64,000 nucleotides of DNA from Capsulimonadaceae bacterium (GTDB lineage Bacteria; Armatimonadota; Armatimonadia; Armatimonadales; Capsulimonadaceae). The stretch covers positions 2,400,001 to 2,464,000 of the forward strand of contig OZ244065.1 of assembly GCA_965215505.1 (NCBI GenBank), given 5' to 3'. Positions 56,854 to 64,000 of this stretch are shown piece after piece. Under the pieces are notes generated by a model. That model was not told the origin of the DNA. It saw nothing but the letters and a program-made list of their open reading frames with translations, and searched no databases. The position numbers and the translations under genes were made by a program. How positions within the stretch are numbered: position 1 is the first letter of the stretch; each line of letters begins with the position of its first letter.

Positions 56854-58806
56854 ATGAGAATGTCAGCCGGAACCAAACGCCGCTGCGGAGCCGCCGAAAT
56901 CCTCTGGGCGTTGCTCGCCCTCTGTCTGCCAGCGGCGATGCCCGCGCGGGCGCAGACACGTCCCGCCACCAATCCCATTGTTACGAGCAGCCTCCAGCGG
57001 ATCGTAGATAAAATCCCCGTCGCGCCTCTGGACCTGCCGCCGTACCTCGCCAAGCCCTCGGATGTGTATCTGCTGGTCACGGCGGGGGCCTCGTACACCG
57101 CCGTTCAGGTGCTGGCGAACCCGGAAGTGCCGCCGCAGACCGTCGCCCACGCCCTGTCGTCGGCCCTGGTGGGGACGCCCCTGCGGGGGCGGACAGTTGA
57201 GTGGTCGGCGGACCGCTATTCGGCGGCCCAGGTGTCGGAAGACCATCACCGTTTCGGGGCGATGCACGGGTCCAACACTGTCCTCATCGCGCCTTTGATG
57301 GCCGGGCTGCGGCGGGCCGGGCTGACGCCGCATCTGCTGCTGCGCGTCGCCACCCATGCCGGCACGGCTCCCCTATCGATTTCCCACTATGGCACACGCG
57401 CCTTCTTTTGGTACGATGCCCGGCATCTCGGCGGTCTGGGCAGCGTCACGGTCACGGACCGGATGACCTGGATCACCCCGGCTCGCCTCCTCGCTTATTA
57501 CCTCGTGCCCCCCCTGGTCTGCCTCCTGGGGCTGTGGCTGGCCGGGATCGTCAGCAGCCGGGCCGGCCTGGAGGACGCCGCGCGGCGTCTCGTGTTCCGC
57601 CGGGTTGGCAGCTACGCCGTCATGGGCGGGTTCATGGCCCAGGTCGGCGGGATGGTGTACCTTCTGCGGACGCCGACCCCGGCGGGCGTCGCCGACCTCT
57701 GGTTCGGCAGCAGCACGACGACCGGGCTGGTCCCGTTCCTGGTGGCCGCCGTCGTTCCTCTCATGCTCTTCATGGTCCTGGTCCATAAGCAGGAGATTCG
57801 CCGATTCGGGCCGGTCGCCATCGGCCCCGCCATCCCGGTCCCTATGTCCGACGAGGAGAAGGCCGTTCGCAAGCGCGTCGCCCAATACAGCAGGGTGCCA
57901 CACATCATCGGATCAGTGGTGCTGGCGGTCGCCTTGTTCGCCGTGCCGCGTTCCAGCCCACTCTATCCGGTCGTCCATCCGGTCGCTATATTCCTGCCCC
58001 TCATTGGCGGGAGTCTGGTCCCCTTGCTGTTCAAAAAGCGGCTGGACCGCTTCACGCAGAAGGCGCTCGACGATGACCTCACCTGGCGGGCGCGGCAGCT
58101 CGGTCAAACGCTGGGCGTGCGGATGCCGGACGTCTTCGTGGAGGACAGCAGCCGGGCCGCCCATCTGGCATCCGCCTCGCATCAGGGCCACCACATCACG
58201 CTGTCCCGGAAGCTGCAAGCGACGTTCACGGCGGCGGAGACGAATTTCGTGCTGGCGCATCACTTAGCCCGCATGAAGGGGAGGGGCGGCAGTAACATGT
58301 GGTGGATGCGAAGCCTTTTTCTTCTGCCGATGCTCCTCCTCAGCGTCCTTGTTTTCTTGCCTCGTCTCGTCCCCGGCAGCCCGACCGTGACGCCCCTGAT
58401 GGTTTCCCCTTGGTTCCCTCAGGCGATGTTCGCCGGCATACTCCTGTGGGGTGTGTCGGTGCTGATGGTCGTTAAAAGCAGCGCAGGGCGGCAGGCGAAA
58501 CAAGACACGGCCGCAGACAGGGACGCCCTGGAGGCAACAGGCAATCTGGCCGCCGCCGAGGGCGCGCTGGATAAACTGAGTGCGGACGCCGCCCTAACCC
58601 CAGAGGCGCAGGCGGCGGCGCAGTTCAGCGGCGGCTTCGGCGGGAAGGCGGGGAACAATATGGTGCAACTAGCGTCGGGCCGTCTCCTGCTGCGCCGGGC
58701 AGTCTTGCAAAAGACGGCGGCGACGCTGCGGTTCGCGCCCGCGCCCGGCGCGGAGTCGGCGGCCCCGGACCTCAGCCCGTTCTCGTCGCGCACGGATAGC
58801 AGATGA
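56854..58806 (+). CDS. Multi-TM membrane protein with degenerate M48/HtpX-like domain
   Basis: Signal peptide, several TMs and 'LGVRMPDVFV...ETNFVLAHHLAR...AADRDA...AL.KL'. HExxH is lost. Confidence 0.6.
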   Translation: MRMSAGTKRRCGAAEILWALLALCLPAAMPARAQTRPATNPIVTSSLQRIVDKIPVAPLDLPPYLAKPSDVYLLVTAGASYTAVQVLANPEVPPQTVAHALSSALVGTPLRGRTVEWSADRYSAAQVSEDHHRFGAMHGSNTVLIAPLMAGLRRAGLTPHLLLRVATHAGTAPLSISHYGTRAFFWYDARHLGGLGSVTVTDRMTWITPARLLAYYLVPPLVCLLGLWLAGIVSSRAGLEDAARRLVFRRVGSYAVMGGFMAQVGGMVYLLRTPTPAGVADLWFGSSTTTGLVPFLVAAVVPLMLFMVLVHKQEIRRFGPVAIGPAIPVPMSDEEKAVRKRVAQYSRVPHIIGSVVLAVALFAVPRSSPLYPVVHPVAIFLPLIGGSLVPLLFKKRLDRFTQKALDDDLTWRARQLGQTLGVRMPDVFVEDSSRAAHLASASHQGHHITLSRKLQATFTAAETNFVLAHHLARMKGRGGSNMWWMRSLFLLPMLLLSVLVFLPRLVPGSPTVTPLMVSPWFPQAMFAGILLWGVSVLMVVKSSAGRQAKQDTAADRDALEATGNLAAAEGALDKLSADAALTPEAQAAAQFSGGFGGKAGNNMVQLASGRLLLRRAVLQKTAATLRFAPAPGAESAAPDLSPFSSRTDSR

Positions 58807-58853
58807 TCCGGCCCTTCAGGGCTTGGTACGATCACGGAGGGGCGAAGAAGACC

Positions 58854-60824
58854 ATGAAAATGTCAACCGAGACGAGACGCCGCTGTGCGGCGGGCGGGGC
58901 CTCTTGGGCGCTGCTTGCCCTTACCCTCTGGCTGTCGGCGGATGCGTCCGCGCGGGCGCAGGGGCGGCGCGCGCCCCGGCCCGCCACTCACGGCGGCCTG
59001 CTGGTACGCCAGGACTTCAACAAACCGGACGCCTGGCCCCAGCTCTCCGCCTCGTCTTCGGCGGGGGTGACGGCCCACGCCGCACGGGGGCCGGTCGGCA
59101 CGGTGGATGTGGCAAACACGGCGACACCCTCGGGGGGAGTGCTGCTGACCGCCCAGCCCACCAGAGGGGGTGCCTGGAATGCGTCACTTATCAGCGGCCT
59201 GCTGCCCGTCCACAACACGGTCGCGAGCCTCGGCAAACTCACCCTGAGCTTCAGCCTCTCCGCGTCCGCCGCCCGGCCCGTCACCGTATGCATCACGTCC
59301 TTTGATGCCGCGAGGCGACGCACGGGCGCACTGTCCGGCCTGATCTACCCCGCAGCGCCCGACTTCTTCCAGCGGTACGCCCTTGACCTTTCCGCCCTCA
59401 ATCCGTTCGGGGTCGGCAGGTTTCAGCCCACCGCCCCGTGGGTGGAGTTCACCTTCGGGATGGGTGGCGCGGGTGCGAGAGGGACCTGCCGGCTTCGCCT
59501 GGACAACGTGAACTACGCCGGCCCCGCCTACTATGTCAGCCCGCACGGCAGTGACAGTGGCGACGGGCGGAGCGAGAGGACTGCATTCGCAACGCCGCAG
59601 AGGGCGCTCGATATCGCCCAGCCCGGCGATATCGTCCTGCTCATGGGCGGGACGTACAAGGCCGGGCTGGTCCCCGTCGCCTCGTTCCCGCGCCCCGGTG
59701 CGCCCGACGCCTGGATCGTCCTGAAGAACTACCCCGGCCAGCGCCCGACGCTGACCTCGAACGGCTGGAACATCGTCAGCATCGCCAAAGGCTCCTCTTC
59801 GGCGATCTCTCACGACCCGCCGCTGGCCTATCTGGAAGTCCGGGGCCTGCATGTGCGCGGGGAAGGGGACGTGGCGAAACGGGAATATCCCGAGGCGATG
59901 AACAAGCCCGACCCGCGCACCAACTCGAACGGCATTGCCATTGATGGCCGGTACTCGGCGGCGACCTTCCACCACATCCGCATTGCCGACAACCTGGTCG
60001 AGTTCAGTCCGGGGGCCGGGATCGGCAGCATCGATGGGGACTGGATGACAGTCGAAAATAACGTCTGCCGCTCCAACTGCTGGACGACCATCTACGCGCC
60101 CTCCGGCATCTCCGTGATGGGGTCCGCCAATTTCGATGCCACGGTCAACATCTACAAGAGGCTCGTCCGGAACAACGTGTGCTGTCACAACCAGACTTAC
60201 GAGAAGTGGGCGTCATTCGGCGATTATTCCGACGGCAACGGGATCATCCTGGACGTCAACCAGGGCTCGGACGCACACCCGACCTCCAAATACACCGGAA
60301 GGACGCTGGTCCAGAGCAACCTCAGCTATGACAACGGCGGCTCCGGCATCCACACCGTCACGGCGGATCGCGTGGACATCATCAACAACACCGTGTACCT
60401 CAACAGCGCGTCCGTCCACCTGGAATATGGCGCGATATTCACCTACGGCTCGGACGACGTCCGCATCATGAACAACATCATGGTCGCCCCGGTCGCCAAC
60501 ATCGCGGCCGGCGAGAAGCCGGAACCCGTGAACCGGCTGAACGGTAAAAACACCCGTGTCATCTTCTCCCACAACCTGTATTCCGGCGGCAACATCGCGC
60601 CGACCCTGGGCGTCGGCGATGTCGTCGGCGACCCCCGATTCGTGAAGCCGAGCATTGACGACACTTTAGCCGACTTCCACCTCCGACCGGGCAGTCCGGC
60701 CATCGGCAAGGGAACCTTGGCCCCTTTCTCTCCGATCCTCGATCTGGACGGCAAGACGCGCGGGAACACGCCCTCGGAAGGCGCTTACGAAAAAACGATG
60801 GCTGACGATCACAGCCCACGATAG
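58854..60824 (+). CDS. Secreted right-handed parallel beta-helix protein (DUF1565-like)
   Basis: Signal peptide; YYVSPHGSDSGDG...AFAT.QRA...PGD.V...GGTY, DGNGIILD, NGGSGIH and DFHL..GSPAI. Confidence 0.75.
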   Translation: MKMSTETRRRCAAGGASWALLALTLWLSADASARAQGRRAPRPATHGGLLVRQDFNKPDAWPQLSASSSAGVTAHAARGPVGTVDVANTATPSGGVLLTAQPTRGGAWNASLISGLLPVHNTVASLGKLTLSFSLSASAARPVTVCITSFDAARRRTGALSGLIYPAAPDFFQRYALDLSALNPFGVGRFQPTAPWVEFTFGMGGAGARGTCRLRLDNVNYAGPAYYVSPHGSDSGDGRSERTAFATPQRALDIAQPGDIVLLMGGTYKAGLVPVASFPRPGAPDAWIVLKNYPGQRPTLTSNGWNIVSIAKGSSSAISHDPPLAYLEVRGLHVRGEGDVAKREYPEAMNKPDPRTNSNGIAIDGRYSAATFHHIRIADNLVEFSPGAGIGSIDGDWMTVENNVCRSNCWTTIYAPSGISVMGSANFDATVNIYKRLVRNNVCCHNQTYEKWASFGDYSDGNGIILDVNQGSDAHPTSKYTGRTLVQSNLSYDNGGSGIHTVTADRVDIINNTVYLNSASVHLEYGAIFTYGSDDVRIMNNIMVAPVANIAAGEKPEPVNRLNGKNTRVIFSHNLYSGGNIAPTLGVGDVVGDPRFVKPSIDDTLADFHLRPGSPAIGKGTLAPFSPILDLDGKTRGNTPSEGAYEKTMADDHSPR

Positions 60825-60839
60825 GACACCGACAGCACC

Positions 60840-62864
60840 ATGAACACCCCACCCACCTTCCCCCGCGTCATGCACGGCGGGGACTACAACCCGGAGCAGT
60901 GGCCCGCCGAGATCTGGGACGAGGACGTCCGGCTGATGCGGGAGGCGCACGTCAATGTCGCCACCCTGCCCGTCTTCGGCTGGGTTTCGCTCCAGCCCGA
61001 CGAAGACACGTTCACGTTTGAGTGGCTGGACACCGTCATTGACAAGTTGTGGGCGGGCGGCGTCTCGGTCTGCCTGGCGACCGCGACCGCCTCGCAGCCG
61101 GCCTGGCTGGACCAAAAGTGCCCGGACGTGCTGACGGTCGGGGCGGACGGCGTCCGGCGCAAGCACGGCAACCGGCACTCGTTCTGCCCCTCCTCGCCGA
61201 ACTTCCGAAGGCTGTCGGTGGGTCTGGCGCGAAAGCTGGCCGAGCGCTACGGCAAGCACCCGGCCCTGGCCATCTGGCACGTCGGCAACGAGTACGGCGG
61301 GACCTGCTACTGCAACCTGTGCGCCGAGGCGTTCCGCGCGTGGCTGCAAACCCGCTACGGCAGTTTGGAGGAAGTCAACGCCCACTGGTACACGACGTTC
61401 TGGGGGCACACGTACACGGACTGGTCACAGATCGAGACGCCGACCCGGAACGGCGAACGGTCCCTCCAGGCACTCTTGATAGACTATGACAGGTTCCAGT
61501 CGGACAGCCTCTTGAACTGCTTTAAGGCCGAGGCGGCGGCCCTGCGGGCGGTCACGCCGGACGTGCCGATCACGACAAATCTAATGGGATCGTTCAAGAC
61601 ATTAGACTATTACAAGTGGGCGCAGGAGATGGACATCGTCTCGTGGGACTCCTACCCCGGCAAGGACGCGCCGCCCGCCGACATGGCCTTCCAGCACGAC
61701 CTGATGCGCGGCTTGAAGGCCGGGCAGCCGTTCCTGCTGATGGAGCAGACGCCCTCGCAGCAGAACTGGCAGGCGCACAATGCCCTCAAGCGGCCCGGCG
61801 TCATGCGCCTGTGGTCCTATCAGGCGATGGCGCACGGGGCGGACTCGGTGATGTATTTCCAGTGGCGGCGCGGGCGCGGCGCGACCGAGAAGTACCACGG
61901 CGCGGTGGTCGAGCACGTCGGCACCAGTGAGCCGCGCGTCTTCCGGGAGGTTTCGGCCCTGGGCCGCGAGCTGGAGTCGCTGGGAACGAGAACGCTGAAC
62001 GGGCGCGTCCCGGCCCGCGTCGCCGTGCTGTTCGACTGGGAGAACTGGTGGGCCATCGAGTATTCCAGCGGCCCGAGCGTGGATTTGAAGTACGTCCCGC
62101 AGTGCCAGTCCTTCTACCGCGCCCTGCACGGCCTGGGCATCCCCACTGATGTCGTCTCGCCCGAAGCCGACCTGTCCGGCTATGACCTAGTCATCGCGCC
62201 CGTTTTGTACATGGTCAAGCCGGGCATCGCGGAGAAGCTGGAAGCATTCACCAACAACGGCGGCACGTTCGTCACGACCTTCTTCAGTGGCATCGCGGAC
62301 GAAACCGACCTGGTGTATTTAGGCGGCTACCCCGGCCCGCTGCGGTCGCTGCTGGGCATCTGGTCCGAGGAGATAGACGCGCTCACGCCCGCCCAGACCA
62401 ACAGCGTCGTCTTCGGGGCCCCCTTTGGCGATCTGGCCGGTCCCTATCCCTGCCGACTGCTCTGTGACCGCATCCACCCCGAGGGTGCGTCCGTGCTGGC
62501 GACCTACGGCGCGGACTTCTACGCGGGCGAACCCGCCGTGACGGTCAACGAGTTCGGCCAAGGCGAAGCCTACTATCTGGCGACCGCCCTGGACGCCGAC
62601 GCCTTAGCGGGCTTCCTGGGCAAGCTGTGCGCCGACAAGGACATCGCGCCGACGCTCCTTGGTGCCCCGACAGGGCTGGAGGTCATCCCGCGCGTCTCGC
62701 CGGGCGGCGAAACCCTGCTGTACGCCCTGAACCACAACGCCTACCCGGTCGCCGTGCCACTGCCGCCGGCCGCCCACACCGACCTGCTGACGGGCCGCGC
62801 GCTGTCCGGCGAGGCGGAGCTAGAGGGCCACGGCGTCCTGATTCTCGCCCCGGCGGCGGTATAA
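60840..62864 (+). CDS. GH42 beta-galactosidase
   Basis: GGDYNPEQW, WHVGNEYG, CYC..C, FLLMEQTPS, YFQWR and EKYHGA. Confidence 0.93.
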   Translation: MNTPPTFPRVMHGGDYNPEQWPAEIWDEDVRLMREAHVNVATLPVFGWVSLQPDEDTFTFEWLDTVIDKLWAGGVSVCLATATASQPAWLDQKCPDVLTVGADGVRRKHGNRHSFCPSSPNFRRLSVGLARKLAERYGKHPALAIWHVGNEYGGTCYCNLCAEAFRAWLQTRYGSLEEVNAHWYTTFWGHTYTDWSQIETPTRNGERSLQALLIDYDRFQSDSLLNCFKAEAAALRAVTPDVPITTNLMGSFKTLDYYKWAQEMDIVSWDSYPGKDAPPADMAFQHDLMRGLKAGQPFLLMEQTPSQQNWQAHNALKRPGVMRLWSYQAMAHGADSVMYFQWRRGRGATEKYHGAVVEHVGTSEPRVFREVSALGRELESLGTRTLNGRVPARVAVLFDWENWWAIEYSSGPSVDLKYVPQCQSFYRALHGLGIPTDVVSPEADLSGYDLVIAPVLYMVKPGIAEKLEAFTNNGGTFVTTFFSGIADETDLVYLGGYPGPLRSLLGIWSEEIDALTPAQTNSVVFGAPFGDLAGPYPCRLLCDRIHPEGASVLATYGADFYAGEPAVTVNEFGQGEAYYLATALDADALAGFLGKLCADKDIAPTLLGAPTGLEVIPRVSPGGETLLYALNHNAYPVAVPLPPAAHTDLLTGRALSGEAELEGHGVLILAPAAV

Positions 62865-62874
62865 TGAGGACACC

Positions 62875-63204
62875 ATGACACTGACTCTCGCACCCGAAAC
62901 CGAGGCCCGCCTACAAGCCCTCGCCGTCCAGCGCAACCAGGCCCCCGAAGCCGTTGTTGACGCCGCCCTGGAGATGCTCGCGCGCAGCGAGCCGACGCAT
63001 GACGAGGCAGCGCAAGAAGCCAACGAAGAGGCCGCCTATCAGGAGGAGCAAGTCCGCCTGCGTCGGCTGCTCCTCGCCGCCACGGAGGGAGCAAAACTGG
63101 TTGAGCCGATGCCTTATGACTCACCGGCGCGGACGTATTACCGTGAGAGCGAAGTCGGCAAGATTATAATCGAGAAGTTCCGCAAGCAGGGGTTCAACGT
63201 ATAA
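62875..63204 (+). CDS. Antitoxin-like protein, copy 1 (no toxin directly downstream)
   Basis: MTLTLAPETEARL RHH-like start; paralog of 63243-63560; GAGGA SD. Confidence 0.6.
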   Translation: MTLTLAPETEARLQALAVQRNQAPEAVVDAALEMLARSEPTHDEAAQEANEEAAYQEEQVRLRRLLLAATEGAKLVEPMPYDSPARTYYRESEVGKIIIEKFRKQGFNV

Positions 63205-63242
63205 AAACTCGTTCGCGCGCTGGTTGGAATGATGAGGACACC

Positions 63243-63560
63243 ATGGCACTTACTTTAACACCTGAGATCGAGACGCGCGTTCTGGCGGAAGCCGCGCGCC
63301 GTAACCAGCCTCCCGAGGCCGTAATTGAGGCTGCTCTGAAGGCGCTCTCGCGGGAAGCGCCAACGCCTGACGCTTCGAGGAAGGGGACGGCCGATGGCGA
63401 GGAGAAACGGATGCGCGATCTGCTGGCGGCTGTGCAGGAGCAAGCGCGACTGTTGCCACCGGTTCCGCCTGAGCAGACAGAGACAGGCTCCGCCCCCGAG
63501 GAACAAGCCTTCGGCAAGATCATCGCCGAGAAGTTCCGCAAGCAGGGGTTCAACGTATGA
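63243..63560 (+). CDS. Antitoxin-like protein, copy 2 (VapB position)
   Basis: MALTLTPEIETRV...; ATGA overlap with the PIN toxin. Confidence 0.65.
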   Translation: MALTLTPEIETRVLAEAARRNQPPEAVIEAALKALSREAPTPDASRKGTADGEEKRMRDLLAAVQEQARLLPPVPPEQTETGSAPEEQAFGKIIAEKFRKQGFNV

Positions 63561-64000
63561 TCGCACCAGTCGGCACGCTGACCGACACCGGGCCGCTCTT
63601 CGCTCTCGTGGATGTTCAGGGGCAGCCGGAGCAGCACGTCCGCTGCCAAGCCCTGATGCCTTCGTTTGCTGTGCCTTTGGTCACGACTTGGCCTTGTTTC
63701 ACGGAAGCCTTGTATCTCTGTCGTCAGCGGGGCGGGTGGCCGCTCCAGCGACTTCTTTGGGTTCTGTGGGAGGGCGGGACTGTCCGTATCCATGCGCCGA
63801 CGGAATCGGAGACGGCACGCGCCCTGGAACTCATGGAGAAGTATCACGACATGCCGATGGACCTTGCGGACGCCTCGCTTGTCGCCCTGGCCGAAGCGCG
63901 GGGCTATGGGCGCGTCTTCAGCATTGACAGCGACTTCTACGTCTATCGGCTGGCGGACGGCTCCGCCCTGGAAGTGGTTCCGGGGCCGCTGCCGCAGCGA
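63557..64000 (+). CDS. PIN-domain (VapC-like) toxin, stop just outside window
   Basis: My translation: MIAPVGTLTDTGPLFAL...TTWPCFTEALYL...LMEKYHDMPMDLADASLVALAE...VFSIDSDFYVYR. It is absent from the ORF track because there is no stop in the window. Confidence 0.85.
   Translation, partial: MIAPVGTLTDTGPLFALVDVQGQPEQHVRCQALMPSFAVPLVTTWPCFTEALYLCRQRGGWPLQRLLWVLWEGGTVRIHAPTESETARALELMEKYHDMPMDLADASLVALAEARGYGRVFSIDSDFYVYRLADGSALEVVPGPLPQR

Overview
This is a high-GC bacterial chromosomal region with about 48 genes and no rRNA, tRNA or CRISPR array that I can see. The gene content (prepilin-type protein, PspA paralog, many secreted glycoside hydrolases, leaderless genes) suggests an Armatimonadota-like soil bacterium; that assignment is inference only. 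Main blocks, in order: (1) signalling and stress genes: a TPR-GGDEF-HD-GYP protein, an mscL relic, and csbD with a sigmaB-like promoter next to a GAF/RsbW-type kinase; (2) a hexuronate cluster (exuT, LarA/GntE-like epimerase, uxaE, uxaC, UxuB-like SDR); (3) split ChrA, a Tat-exported M48 peptidase, a csp gene with a sigma54-like promoter, and rpsT; (4) GH35, a sigma28-driven double-PAS chemoreceptor, and an aminotransferase/GGDEF/prepilin/PspA run; (5) glpDK; (6) a large cytoplasmic glycoside-hydrolase-like protein with an RNase-E-like Arg/acidic disordered region, under a perfect sigma70 promoter; (7) an aspartic protease-TPR/NfeD/flotillin/beta-propeller block; (8) a polysaccharide-degradation region (GH2, GH78, GH42, beta-helix and SGNH proteins) interrupted by a truncated IS630; (9) aqpZ; (10) a VapC-type toxin-antitoxin locus with a duplicated antitoxin-like gene. 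Two families of REP-like palindromes fill many intergenic spaces. All functional calls come from motif recognition by eye; no database searches were run.
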